DNA of 64,000 nt, from assembly GCA_002633005.1 (NCBI GenBank), contig NMRA01000081.1:819501-883500 (forward strand), in the 5' to 3' direction. The translations under genes were made by a program, and so were the position numbers. Under the pieces are notes generated by a model. It ran no database searches. It was not told the DNA's origin and saw only the letters and a program-made list of their open reading frames with translations. Positions within the stretch are counted from its first letter, which is position 1; each line of letters opens with the position of its first letter. Below are positions 1 through 14,500 of the stretch, in pieces. The stretch is from Phoronis australis (taxonomy: Eukaryota > Animalia > Phoronida).

Positions 1-889
1 TGGACCAGGAGGAAGTCAGAGAGCATTGTTTTGTTTTGAAGATTTAAGATGCCTTGTCCCAGATGTCTGATACACTCGTACAGAGTTCAGGAGCATGAAT
101 GAGGGTCTTTGTGTGCAACAGAGAAATTTGACTGACTCGGAATTTTCGGATGCAATGGAATGGATTAGTACAGTGAGGGCTTAGCATATTTTTAAAGCTG
201 AGCTTTCACAACTTAACGTCCTGATTTTGGCATCAACATGACACTAACAAGAGACGTGTAACAAAAAGGAATCAAAACATTTTGGAAATCACAGCTGATA
301 TCATCTGACTTATTTAAACAATGTGAGGAGTTAACACAATTGTTCTAAAACAATGACACCTAAAGGCGCAAAGCTTTATTTTATACAAAACTCAGTAGAA
401 GTCAAGAGCACAAGAACATATTACTCAACACACAACAGTCCAGTGCCTTTGGTCTCTCTCGTGCCATAAAACACCAAATGCTGAATTCAAATACTAGGTG
501 TATTAAAGCTGTGGAGTCCAGAGTAATAAGATCATACTCTTAATCGTGCTCATCAAATCCTTTACATGGCTAAAACAGGACATTTTATGCAAAGTTGTCC
601 AAACAAGACATGATGGGAATTCTCCAGTAACATATTGTACAATGCTTCATAGAACAGCTAACAAAACAACAGGTGTGCAATTAACATAGCCAAGCACAGA
701 CATAGAATGGCTGGTGGCAATGTAAATGGTCCCCACTGTTATCGTTCTCACAGAGACAATGGCTAAATCCATTGAAATTTTGACTGCATGTCATTGTCTT
801 AATGTCAAAGTGCCCATGGATACCATTTTTCTGCGTCACTCTATCAATTGTACAATTACACCTGTAATTATTGCCCCACTGACACATAC

Positions 890-3800
890 CTGCAGTCTGC
901 GGCACCACGTCAGATCTGAGTAATATGGTTAACCTGCCCACAGCCTTGCTCCCTATCTTGATATCCATGTACACCTGTGGGTTGCCTTTCCTCCTTTTTG
1001 GTTTGGACTCTTCCTGCAATAGCAAGGAGAGCTTGGTCAAATCACTGCACAATTCATAACAACTCTCTGGTGAAAATACATACAGATTCAACAGATTGGC
1101 AAACTACATTACTCTCTAATCAATATCTGAGCTTGGGCTCAACTAAGTACTTTAAGTTAGTCAAAATATATCCCTTTCTTTAAAACTTCAGTTTTCAACT
1201 ACAAATATTTAAAAATTATGAGTTTCGACTACATGTCAAACAACATATCAAACTGAATTTTTAAGTCACAATTTTGAAATTTCACTTGATAAAGAGACAA
1301 ATTATTTCACTGCAAAATGACTGACGATACCCACATGTTTTACAAAGTTAAGGGGAACTGAACACCAGGCAGCACATACCAGGCAGCACATACCTGGCAG
1401 CACATACCAGGCAGCACATACCAGGCAGCACATACCTGGCAGCACATACCTGGCAGATTCTTGGTATTTATGTCCCACTAACCACTTACCACAACAGTAA
1501 AAAGGTCACACCAAGCTTAGTTTTCAGAATGTAAAATCTGTTCTAAAAATTTGATTTAACGAGCTGGGATGGGCAACAATATGCAACTTTGGCCAAAAAT
1601 GGTTCAAATGTTACACCGCCCATGGCTTCTTAATCAGATTTTAAAAATGCCTATCATGTTTACTCCATTTCCATTCTGTTTGAAACCAAACAGTGAGAAG
1701 TGAGAACTACTTTCATTGGTGGAAGCATGCTGCACAAAATGAAAACAGTATCAAGCCTGCTTGTTCAAATTACGTTGTAAATAATGAATGGGTTCAGACA
1801 ACAAAAAAAGATGAAGCCTAGATGATAGATGGCGTGACAAGACAACTCAACTCGATTGTGTAATATTTTGTTGCAGGGAATGTGACTTAATGATATTCGC
1901 GAGTTCAAGCATGTATAATTGCCAATGCCTAAGCACTATTTCATGTCAAAAGTGTCTAAAAGGATGGCAGTGGTAATAGCCAATTCGGTTTTAATAGTCT
2001 CTAGTTTATGCTGAAGCAGTGTAAGGATTTCTAATTATGATAGCTTGTCTGGTGTGCTATTGTAAACCCCTTATTACACCCAATTATACAGGTGTCAGTG
2101 TCTGACATACCTCTGGACATCACCTACTGCACCCTGACATACAAGTGTCGCTGTCTGACATACCTCTGGACACCACCTACTGCACCATCTCATACAAGTG
2201 TCACTGTCTGACATACCTCTGGACACCACCTACTGCACCCTGTCATACAAGTGTCGCTGTCTGACATACCTCTGGACACCACCTACTGCACCCTGTCATG
2301 CAAGTTTCACTGTCTGACATACCTCTGGACACCCCCTACTGCACCATCTCATACAAGTGTTGCTGCCTGACATACCTCTGGACACCACCTACTGCACCTT
2401 CTCGTACAGGTGCTGTTGCCTGACATATCACTACAAACCCTCTATTGGTACCTCTCATACTGGTGTCATCATATTTCCCAATGCCTTATAAACGAACAAT
2501 TACTGACAAAGTGACTAACACCTCCCAACTCAATAGTATCGACTCTGGATGGACAGTTGAATCTAACCTCATGCTCCGTCTCAAGGAGGCGCTTGTTCAA
2601 CAATTCAGGATCCTCCTCCATTTCCTTCTCCTTCTCCAGAGTCTCCCCAGCATGTTCCTGAAGCCAGTTGTCTTCGGCCCACACTGCGCACAGAAAATAA
2701 TACATGGAATTTCACTGTATAAAGTTAAGGAATCACAGGCTGACATTGGATTGTTGCTAATAGTTACAGAGGCAACCACCTGTCTTGAGTGAGGTTTGAA
2801 AGGTATGCTGTACATATTGCATGATCAAAAGATACAAAATCTGAAGCCCAAGCATTTTCACAATGGGCGCAATTCATCCCGCACGCAAGTGAAATCTTGA
2901 AAACCAAGTTCAGTTTGACAACTATAGGGACATCCAAACAGAGGTCTTAAAACATGTTCTAACTCTATGAGAGTTACGACATCACCACTCACCAACAGGT
3001 GGTGCATATAGTCCAAATTAAAATTTTCACACATGAGAAGTTCCAGCAACATTTCTGATTTTAATGAATGTCCGTCGAATTAACAAGTAAAAAACGATAA
3101 GGTATTTCGTCACCCAAGTGATGAAAAGATATTGATATGACAAGACAGATATAAACAGACACCAACAAGACTTTAGTATGTAATACCTGCACGACTTGCA
3201 CCCTCCTTCATTTTCATTGCTTTTGCCAGATTGACTCGAATTGTGCGACCAAACAGCTCTGACTCATGCTGAAACAAGTAAAACATCAGTCTAATTTCAC
3301 AACTGGTTGGTATTGGCAGTTACTGTATCAATCACGGCATTGGCAAACATGCCCTAACACACGAGTTGCACTGTCTATAGTCATGCCAAAACTAAGAGTT
3401 ACTCTAGAACAACTAACCCAAACGCAACTAGCCTCCGGTAGCTAAGTATCCACACTACACACCCTACGCCTTGCAACAAATATGGCGCAAACAGAGTTAC
3501 ACACCCATGTAAGTGAGCTAGTGCAAAGCTGGCACTTACTGATACCTTGTCTGCAGGCTTGCGTCCATACTACGGCTTGCACTGAGACAAGCTGCCCTAG
3601 AATAAGTTACCCTACCTCGACAAGATGGAGCAAGTTGCCACATGTGTGTCACCTTGTCCCAGCACAAACTGCATCCATATTAACCCTAGCAGCAGCTGGT
3701 TTCAGCGTAGACGAAACTTTTGTGAGTATGCTGCATGCTGAATTTGCACTACACTCATTTTGAACAGAAAATAAGCATACCCACGGATGTAATTTGCATA

Positions 3801-6614
3801 TATCCATGTTTAGCTGTGTTAGCCGTGTTTGCGCAAATTATGTCACTTGAATTTATAAGCCCAGGGATATACTGTCAGAAATTCCTGGTTAATAAAAAAT
3901 GGTTAGCATTAAAACCGTTTACCTGCAGATGAGAATCTTACCATATTGTCAATAGATGCAGCAGCGTCCTCTGCTACTTCAAATTCAACAAATGCAAACC
4001 CTCGGTGCTTCTCTGCAAGTACAGGCCACCTCATTACAACAATAGTTTAACATCTCATTCTAATGACCACATCAACAAACTTAGTGCAAGACACAAGGTT
4101 ATTATATAATGGTATTAATGAAATTACTAAACTGTATTACAAGTAGCCAGCCAACGTATGAAGACAAGTACAAGTAAGGGCCTAGACCTCTCGATAAAGA
4201 CGTGCACAAACAGGAACTAAAAAATGAACAAACGATAACTTGGTCAAAACAAACCGATCAATGTTATTTCATCTTCATTTGGATAACCCATTTTAGTGGC
4301 AAATGCAAAACCATGTAAGCAATCATTCCACAATTACCAGATGCATATGTCACTTTTTAAAAAATATAAACATGCACTTGTACCTGTTTCATAATCTAGT
4401 GGTATATTAATATCACTGATATCACCAAATGGAATAAATGCGGCATGAAGTACCTTCTCGTCAACTTCTTCAGCTAAACCACCTGAAGACAGAGAAAGAA
4501 CACAATTATCACTTCCTTTGGATGTCAGTAGCGTTAACTTGACTTAAAGAACACAATTATCACTTCCTTTGGATGTCAGTACGTTAACTTGACTTAAAGA
4601 ACACAATTATCACTTCCTTTGGATGTCAGTAGCGTTAACTTGAAGAACACAATTATCAACTACCAGACAAATTGGATTTTGGCCGAATGGCTTGAGTCCA
4701 GGCACATGGGTCACACAATGGAAGTTCAATACTAAGTAATAGCAATATTCATTACATCTCGACGTCACAAGTACATGTTCAAGCCTGTGAGCTGCAATGC
4801 CTGCCTGGCCAAAACTTAAATGCATGAGCTATATCAATGGAGATTATCAACCATCCAGTGAAGAAGTAGATACAAAAATATATATCTTTACTGGACTTAC
4901 TTATTTCACAATTTTGAGAAAAGTTTTATTGGCCTTTGCTGATACAAACTGGCCTTTGTCAATCTTGATACAAACATCAGGAAGACTGGACTGCTATTTG
5001 TGCCAACAAGAGTCACAGAAGCTTGAAAAGTTGGCAGTTCCTGATGAAATGTTGCTCAAAATTCTCAAGTAAATCCAATAAAGATTTATATTTTTTCATC
5101 TTTGCAAGAGCTGTTTAAAATCCTCCTGTCACCAAAGTGCACAAACTTAGTACAGTAATTACCCTGCATGTGGCTGTGGTCCCCATAAATTAATGCTTTG
5201 TCCCTAAACCTCATGCAGTCCAGTTGTTCCCCATCCTAATGTTTCCCCCGCTAGATTTTCCCATGTTCCATTTTCTCCAAAACCGATGATCATGTGTATT
5301 GAGGGTAACATGTTTGTAAACAATAGGCACACAAGTCCAGTCACATTAACCCAAATGTCCCAAACAATACCATCTCCATTTAAAACACTTGTGCTATGCT
5401 ACAGGCAGGCCACTTATGAATGCACAAGACAAGACAAGACATGACTGCAGGGTTCAAGAGGAAGCGGATGTGTAATTCCTGAGACTAGGCTGATTTATAG
5501 TATTGTCCAAACTTGTAGACCAAGTGAACCCTGTGCTGGAGTTGTAACCTACCGTTGGGCACTAATGTAGTGAAAAATCACCTAGTCCAAGTTTCGAACC
5601 CGGTGTCTCTTGCTTCAGTCCTAGTTGACAAAAGAGCAATTGCCCTTAGGCGAGCGATTAAGAGAGGCCTTTACATTACTAAACTCACTGCAGAGTCACC
5701 ACACTCTTCCCCATAAAAGGATTAGGGGTAACGCTACCTAGCACTCAACATAAGATCAGCCCCCTCTGCATCTGCCTTCTCCACACTAGACCACAGCCAA
5801 TATGACACTATCAAACTCAGGAGGCCGTGTGGTCCCTTTCTGTCGTCGTGAGTACGTACCATTATTAGGCACCAATGATAAGAAAAATCACATACCCGGT
5901 ACCTCTTGCTTCAATGCCTGGCATCCTAACCAGTCGACCAAAGAGTTGCTGCAGGGGAGTGATTACGAGAGGCTTCATTATTATAATAACACTCACTGCA
6001 GATTCCCCACAGGAATCAGCAGTCGAGTTTCAGTGAAATGAAAGTGAATAAGCAAGCTTTGATTGCTGTTTTTTAACCACGTGAAAACAGCTAGTGCCTT
6101 CTAGTTGTGTTTCATTCAGTCATATACATTGTCTATCAGTGTCCAGCAACATCAGTAGAGACTAGTCTGTCACCTAACCCGTCTGTAAATAATTATTTAC
6201 AGTCGAGACTGGCTTCTGAAATCTTGGCCGACTGGCTAAGCAGGTCAACTCACGAGCATTTAGCGAGTGACTGGCCCGGCCTGACTTTTTGTAGCTAGCC
6301 AGCAAGCCGTATGAAGACTATCGCCAAAATGTATTAAGTACTAGTAGTCTAGTAGGCCTAGTATAGGCCTACAGCTTTGCACCGATCCAAAAATTAGGAC
6401 TGAGTTGAGTCTGACTGAGGTTCTGGGTCCGAAGCTTGGTTTTCAATATCAGGGACCGCTATATCTAACCAGTGCCGAATTCCGGTTACACCAACGTCAT
6501 TTAATCATAGTAGCATCAAGCCTAGAATAAATGGCACAGATTTTGTAATGAATCGGAAAATTTGAGTTGCTTACCAACGTAAACCATGCGTTTGTTGGTT
6601 GTGGAAGCCGACAT
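890..6614 (-). CDS. PPIE: Peptidyl-prolyl cis-trans isomerase E (cyclophilin E / Cyp33), RRM plus start of cyclophilin domain; 5' part only, continues left of the window
   Basis: GT-AG exons 6614-6575, 4482-4384, 4012-3942, 3268-3187, 2683-2568, 1013-890 join in phase: [86 protein letters not shown]...AVWAEDNWL...[31 protein letters not shown], recognisably PPIE. Confidence 0.95.
1364..1456. repeat. 14-bp tandem repeat (accaggcagcacat) x~6.5
   Basis: Directly visible in a PPIE intron. Confidence 0.9.
2087..2430. repeat. 53-bp tandem repeat x~6.5
   Basis: tctgacatacctctggaca recurs with a 53-bp period starting at 2101, 2154, 2207. Confidence 0.9.
4497..4658. repeat. ~51-bp tandem repeat x3 next to the PPIE exon 2 acceptor
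   Basis: agaacacaattatcacttcctttggatgtcagt repeated. Confidence 0.85.
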
Positions 6615-8260
6615 TTTTGACGAAATACTCGAGAGGGCGCTGCAAATACCATGATAGGTGGCGCTCTTTATTTTCTTCTTAACCCGCCATTTTTAGAACT
6701 GGATATTTTTAGTTCATGTTTTAGCTCCTTTTCCTGAGACACCAGTTGGTTTTGTAAGAATATTTACGTTGTATCTTTTTAATGTTTGTGTATGAAATCT
6801 AAAATAGTATCTTAAGCATGATCAGTTAAGCTGTTTTGCCTTTTTAATGGTTCTCAAAATGGGTTATTTTTATGCTGGAAACGTGGTGTGCGCTGTGATG
6901 ATGGTGTTGCAGCCCGATGCCTGCGCCAACATGATTTGGCGCACTTCAATTTGGCGCGGGTTGGTGAACTAAAATGATGCCTGCGCCAGACTAAAGCTAC
7001 TGTAAGTCCCCAAATTACTGCCAATGACCTATATGTTTTTTTAATGGTTATTAAACTGACAACAATGAGTGTGGCGTGTTGCGAAATGTTTTCGTATGAT
7101 ACGGTAATAAATCATATGACACTTCCCCCATGTGATTAATACATATGACCTGCTTATGTGAGTACTCATATGTGTCAATTTTTGGTTCTGATAAGCACAA
7201 AAAATCCATAAACCAACTGCAATAATTTGGGAACTTCAGTTGGGCGTAGGCATTAGTTTGGGCTTTTGCTCCCCAACTCAGGTCAAATTGAAGTGCGCCA
7301 AATCGGTTTGGCGCAGGCATCAGTTTGGACTGCAGCAACGGCGTGACGATGGCACTTCTAGGTAGTGCTGGATAGTGAGTTGCAATAGCTGTCTCGCGGC
7401 TAGAAATATCTAGCCAAAGTCACGTACTCTCTTTAAAAATACACGGCAACATCTTGCAAAGTCTTGCTTTTCTAGCAAGGTCCTAGAGTAATCGAACTCT
7501 ACCCTGGCCTAGTAAATTTGCTAATTCCCTGCCAAGTCTCTGTCCTTGGCAATGGTGATACTTGGTCCTCCAGTCCTACTAGTTTAGGCCAGGTGGAGTT
7601 GGTAATCCTCATGGGTAAATTAGCAACGGATGGAGGTGGTTATCGCCTGGCAATTGCTTGCAATAATTTTTTAGTATAAAGCTGGAAATCAGAAGGAAAG
7701 CGTAGACAGTTTAACCCATAGTGACCAGTCAGATGTAGTGGTTGCTGATTTAAAGAATCTGTTTCACCCACTGAATTACGAGCTCATTATTCAGTAATTG
7801 CCTGGTTTTCTAAATTAGGGACCACCTCTCTCTGATGTGTTAAAAATCTGTTGACACAGAGACTTGAACCAGGGTACCCTGATGAGAGTCCAGTGTCCAA
7901 ACTGTTTGGCTAAGAAGGTATTGGCATGTGGTTTTGAAAGGCTCTATTATACTATGGTGTCCGGAAGTCACGTGTTACAACATTCTTTCCCCGTCCGCGA
8001 CCAAAGCGAGCCGCCTGGCTACAGTAGTAACAGATCTGTGCAACAACCTAAAATTTGCCCTCAACAATATTCACAAGTGCTTGTAAATAACTCTTGAGTT
8101 GTGCGTCGGACCTAATTAAGAATCGGAGATACCTGGGAACTGTTCGCTGTACCATGAAAATGATCAATTCGTTGCTCATGAACAAATAGGGATAAAGTTA
8201 TTTATTGTGATAAATTATTTTTTAAAACCTCTTGATTCCGTTGGAGTCAATCGCTAAGTA
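6615..8260. promoter_or_regulatory. Divergent PPIE/SMC6 promoter region, including probable non-coding SMC6 exon 1
   Basis: Head-to-head genes; YY1-like CCGCCATTTT at 6684-6693; ETS CCGGAAGT overlapping E-box TCACGTG at ~7961-7975; donor-like gtaaga near 8258 and an acceptor at 8558-8559 upstream of the SMC6 ATG. Confidence 0.55.
6906..7339. mobile_element. MITE/foldback element with ~90-bp imperfect terminal inverted repeats
   Basis: gatgcctgcgccaacatgatttggcgcacttcaattt (~6916) is mirrored by aaattgaagtgcgccaaatcggtttggcgcaggcatc (~7285-7321). Confidence 0.75.
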
Positions 8261-8571
8261 AGATTTAAGTTGAAAATTTTAGAACTTAATGATTAGGAAC
8301 CACTGTATTCTCCAATAGCATGGATAACTACTTGAATCATTGCAACTTTCTGTCGTTCACTGGCCATTCTAGATTAGCGGTTCTGAAAATCCAGTAAGAT
8401 CTCTCCAGTGTTGAGTTATCTTAGGTTTTTTTTTTCGCGATCACAGTATAAACACCAATTTTTTGTCATGTTTCTAAGTTACCTAAAATCCTGTGGAACT
8501 ACTGTCGGCCTCTGTGAATCTAAATCAACTTTTAAAGATGATTCCAATTTTTACTACAGAACAGTGGTGTG

Positions 8572-11500
8572 ATGGCTAGTCGTAAACGTGGTCATGGTGA
8601 TGACCAGACATCATCAGCGAAGAAAGTAAGAAGAACTGAGTGCGAAGAGGGGGAGGATGGTGATCAGGAAATGGTTCTTTATCAACGTCCGACAGAACTG
8701 GATGGTAGTCAGAGTAAAGACATTGACAGTGCCATGTACAAGGTACAACAGTTTAGGTGTCATTGTTGTAATATTCTTGTGAATTACAGGTTACTGGACC
8801 TGATCACATTTTAATGTTTGTAGCGCCATGTGCTTTAGACCTTTAAATATCATTCACCAAAAGTAATGGTAGTATGATGATTAAAACTGCACAATTTTGG
8901 TTCTGTCTAGCAGGAACTGAATCTCGGAAGTAAAGACATAACTCACATGACTTTAAGAGTATCCTACGATCAAATGAATATGATAATCTCAAATCTCTTA
9001 CGATTTTTAACCAACCCAATTTTGTGACATTGGTGCATTTTATACCGTTATGTTTAACGAGAACTGTTTTCCTGGCATATAAGATTTGTTTTACTGGTGA
9101 CAAGTTTTGCACAAGGCATTGCTGTAAAGAGGACTCTTTCTTCATGAGTGCCACCTGGTGCATAGTGTGTCAGTTGTTGAGTTTTCACATTTTCTTCAGG
9201 ATGCTGGCATCATTGAACGAATCACCTTGAAGAATTTTATGAACCACACACGACTGGACTTCAAGTTTGGCTCCCAGATCAACTTCGTGATTGGTCGAAA
9301 TGGGAGTGGCAAGAGCGCCGTTGTGGCAGCCCTGGTGGTGGGATTAGGCGGAAAGGCTGCTGTAACAAACCGCGGCAGCTCTGTGAAAGGATTTATCAAG
9401 ACTGGAAAACAGTAAGTTGTGGTCATTTGCTTCTTACCTTGGACATGAAAAAAAAATTTAAAATTTAGGAGCACGTCCTATATTGACTCAAAAATAATTT
9501 CATTGATGCATTGTGATTTCTTAATGCGGGCCAACGGAAAGCGAAAAAGGTAAAAAACTTAACTTTCTTCAGTGATCTAGTTCCATAAGGACATGTTTAA
9601 GTCGCAATCGCATGTTGCATTCATTGGGAAATGTGTTTAGAAGTCACCAAGAACCTGAATTGAGAACTAGAAGAAAAGAAAACGCAAAGAATAGTATTCT
9701 ATTTCAGTGTTGCCGAAATATCCATTAAGCTACGAAACAGAGGTACTGATGCATATGAACATAGCAAGTATGGAGATAACATCATTATTGAACGGAAGAT
9801 TACAAGAGAGGGGGCTAGTGATTACCGATTGAAGAACTGCAAGGGTATGTTTGAAAGCTTGTGAAGGTTTATGTAGAAGTTAATCACATGTGAGCAGAAC
9901 AGTTTGGTAGTTATGTATGGTTGATTGAAGTATTGTGCAGTGGTGTGCTAGTGCTTGAATGTATCTGCATGTATTCACAACACTGTAAAGGTACATTAAG
10001 TTGTTATGCCCTATGGCTGGCCTCGACGTTAGTAAAGTCCTCAGAGACAAGGAAGAAACTTTTATGCAGTATACTGTTTTGACTGTTGTGGCTGTAACAG
10101 GTGATGTATTTGTGTTACAAGGTACAAACAATTTGAAGCAAGTTGGCCCAGCGCTTTGTGTTGTTGAACTATGAACTTATGCTATGCGTAATTGTATGGC
10201 TACCCTTTGTATTTAGATAAACTTGTGTCCAACAAGAAAGAGGAGCTAGACCGTATCCTTGACCAGTTCAATATTCAAGTGGATAACCCCATCGCTATCC
10301 TCAACCAGGAAACTAGCAAGAATTTCCTGCATTCAAAGAACCCTAAAGACAGATACAAGGTAACATTGACAATTGCTGCAGTTGGATTATGACATTATGA
10401 TATTCCAATCCATAAAACTTTCTAACGATCTTGACTGCAAGATTGCATTGATTTGTCCACTGGGTATCTTCAGTGAAAAGTGTTTTACCTTCCAACCTAT
10501 CCATCTCGGAGTAGTGAGGGTAAACAAATTCTTAATTTAAATGACAACCTTTGAGTATATTGCGCTCTGTCAAGGGGTCCTTGCCCACTAAACTACATCC
10601 TTGTAAGAGCAAGTTGGGTTTATAGTTAATCAGCTTGTTAGTAGAATGTTATTTCCTTAAGTGTTATTGAACTCCAGATTAGTGTCTCTGATAATGTGAT
10701 TGAGTGCAGTTTGGTTTACTCACGAGAGTGTATAATCTTGAGCCACAATTGACATGTTGTTCATTGAAGCTGTAATTTTGATTTTGAACTTGAGTTTGAT
10801 TTGTAAAGGTCAAATATCATAAATGTACTCAAGCACACAATCACATTATATCTAGGGTTCGTACTAAAGTAGTGCTGAAAATATCAAAACTCATTTTGAG
10901 TTCAGAGATTTGAGTTTCAGCTCTTGATTTTACTGACTACTTGCAGCACATTCAAGGTGTGACGATCTTCAACTGTTTTACCGTGTGTGTGTGTGTGTGT
11001 TTCAGTTCTTCCTTAAAGCCACCCAACTAGAGCAGATGAAACATGATTATGCCACAGCCAATGAGCACAAACTGGTAACGGAGGATACTATACAACGCAA
11101 GAATAAGGTTAGTGTAGTCTACAGGGTTACCTACATACGCTATTTATCGGTATGTCTAGATGAATGCGTCCATGGTTTTGGTTGATATCGTCCCAGTTTT
11201 GTTACTGCACTTTTGCTGACAATGTGTCATCACATTTCATGTTCGATTCATTTTATCTACTGGTGGTAGATTTTTGCAAAATTGGTATTTGTGTGTGATT
11301 TTGCTTCGATTTTGTGTTGATGTTTCGCCATCTTTGTTTGAATAGTTTCAGTTAGATCTGCCCTCTGGTGACATATTTTGTGTTGTGAAAGTTTATTTAT
11401 TTAATTTATTAATGTAATATTTACAGTGAGGGCAGCTCCATCAGTTCACACTGGGGACCCTCAGTGTTGTAGTTGTTTGAAAATCTTGTTTTTTTGTGTG

Positions 11501-14500
11501 AAAGATCAATTTGTAAGCAGCGTATATTTTCACTTTGCTCTATCTACAGGACTTAGTCCATATGCAGAAGGAGGTTGAAGAGTGGGAACACAAGTTTAAA
11601 AACATGAATGCACTGGATGGTCTGAAGGAGCAAGTGAAGGAGTTGAAAAAGAATGCTGCCTGGGCCATCGTGATGGGCAAGGAGAAGGTGAGGGGTGGAT
11701 GAGGGGGTCACTGGCTGCTTGGGCCATCGTGGTGGGCAAGAAGAAGGTGAGGGGAGGGGGAGGGGTCACTGGCTGCCTGGGNGGTTATCGTGGTGGGCAA
11801 GGAGAAGTAGAGGGTGTGTGGTGTGTAAGATGACTGCTTGGTCACATGAGGCTGGGAAAGGGTTAAAGAGAAGATGGGCATTCCTGATGTTGGAGAGCAA
11901 GATAGTGGAAGTGGTGTTTGAGAAGATGGTGGGTGCCTTGTTGTATATATATGGGGTAAAAAGAATTTCAATTTCTTTGAGTACTGAAGATGCCACCAGG
12001 GAATGACAGGAAGTCGTAATACATTTAATGTGTTTTCCTTTGGATATTGCTCTCATTCACTAGGTGACACGACCAGTACAGCAAGTTCTTGATGAGAATG
12101 GAGAAGTGACTATGACCACATTTTCCTGAGCCACTGTGCTATGTGTGTTAATCTATAATGATATCTTGGTCATTTTCAGGATAGCTGGATCTTATTGACT
12201 TGAAATTAAATACTTTTTACTGTAGTTGGTATGTCTTTAAATTCCATTCCAGGAACTAGAGTCCCACGAGAAGGGTCTTCGCAGTGAAACTGCCAAGTTA
12301 CCACAGCTTGTTAGTAAAGTGGAGCGGGCAAAGGTGAGGGGACATGTTGCAGCTTGAAGAGATAAAGAATTAGGCAAAAAAACAGCAAAGTTGGTTCTGG
12401 TGTCCTCCCAGACTCATTTAGACACCTGCACTCACAGGACTAAAAACAAGTAGAAAAGCAACTGCCCGCATGAATTTCATCCAAGGTCTTGCGTTTCTTT
12501 TTTTTGAAAAACTGCACAAAGGCATGTAGACAGGGATTAGCAAGGTTTGAAATGCCACGATTTGTCAAATGGTGAGTGCAAGAGAAAACAAAATTTCACA
12601 TCATTTTTGCTTGTCTCAGGTGGAGATTCTTTTTTGAATAGTTAATCTATTGTCAGCTAACTACAGTATAAATAGTTATTCTAATGTCAGCTAACTACAG
12701 TATAAATAGTTATTCTAATGTCAGCTAACTACAGTATAAATAGTTAATCTATTGTCAGCTAACTACAGTATAAATAGTTATTCTAATGTCAGCTAACTAC
12801 AGTATAAATAGTTATTCTCCTGATATCTATATCACAATATTACTTCGAAATCGCTCAAAATTTGACAGCTTATTAACATACATTATGTGGCTGTGATTAA
12901 TTATTGTTGTCTGAGTCGTTTTGCTAGTCCATTGTTTTCTCGTGCACGTCAAGACTCATTGGTCCATGGTCTGTAGATTAGAAATGGCAGCTACACATTC
13001 ACATGACGTTGAGATCTTAACGTCCACTAGAGGGTGTTTTCAAAGCATGGTACCACTTATTTTCAACACACCAGTGGCATCCATTGCAATAGAAACTATG
13101 CAATTACTTCTGGCTATAAATGCACATCTCATGTTGTGATGTTGTCTTTGTCATTTCAGAGTGAATTGTCAGTCTTTTACTTAAATACGCCTTAGTTCTC
13201 AAAGTATTGCCTTGTATGAGCACGCAAGATATGATGATGTTTAATTTTCTTTTCATTATAATGCATGGCCTTCCACCAGGGGGAGGAAGACAAATACACA
13301 CAAGAGCATAAAAAGATTCAGTGCCAGCTACAGGAGATAAACGAGGGTGCAAAGACTTTGCAGGTGGACTATGAGAGGACGAAGAAATTGATGAGAGACA
13401 AGAAATTGTTAGTTCGTCAAACTGAGGTGAGTGAACAATTAGTAGATTATACATGATACCATTAAGACTGGAGACAGTTTTTGCAGATTTGGCACTATAT
13501 GGGCAATATTTTATCATCAAAGAATGTGCATCAGTGAGTTTCCTGTTGTGCATTTCTTAGGTCAAAGGTTATCGTCTTCGTCTGCCTGAGTAACATTGTG
13601 ACTAGAGATTGAAGGTCAGAATACAGTAAAAAAAGTAAACAGATTGAATAAATATTGGGAATGCTGACTTCAAATGGAGTGTTAAGGTTTGATTACTGTG
13701 GATAAGAATGTACTTACAGGGCTTTATTGGTTCCAAAAGAGCTGTAGCAATCCCCATTGAATTTCAGAGCCAAGTGCGAAGAGCTAAAAGTGAAGTGGGC
13801 AACCACAAAAAAGATGAAGGCGACATCTTGCAGCGAATTAAAGAACTGAAGACCAGGTAAATCGGAGCTGCTCAGCTTTCCTTAAGTTGCTTGACTTCCT
13901 GGTGGACATGATATTTTGAGGCTTGAAACATAATGATTCAATGTCATCAAGTTTTTCAGAATCTGTTGTACCGTTACTGTCACATGTTATTGTAAGTGAA
14001 AAGGAAATGTCATGCTGTCTAATAGCGTCAAAAAAAAAAACTGCTGCAAGCTCTGTCTTACTTTTCTCTAGACACATTTGTTTCTTATGTTTTTGCCATT
14101 TAATTGGATAGGACATTATTGTTTGGACTGCTGAATCATTGGTGTGGTTGAAATCTGAAGTTTTTGACTTACTGTAAACGTCATATATCTCGAATCATTT
14201 TTTTTTACCTCTCGGTGCTCATTCTTAGGATTTGAGCGTGTGAGGGGGTGAACGCATTTGTGGAAAGCAGCTACTCTCACTAAAAATGAACTGTTAATTA
14301 CTGTCTTCATCCGTAGTGCTAGTCATGATTATGATGCGGAGCGTCGAGAGCGAGAAAGACAAATTGGAGAATGGGAGGAGAAGCTCAAAGCACTGAGTGC
14401 TCAGAAAGAGACAACGGCTCATCAGCAGGAGCAGTTTCATGCCAGTGAAAACAGAGCCAAAGAGGAGCTGTACACCGCAAGGTATGTGATCCATTGTCTT

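Noticed and set aside
5530-7910. Further B-box-containing SINE-like stretches (~5580-5670 and ~7850-7910, - strand)
   Set aside because: Too degenerate to delimit without a repeat library.
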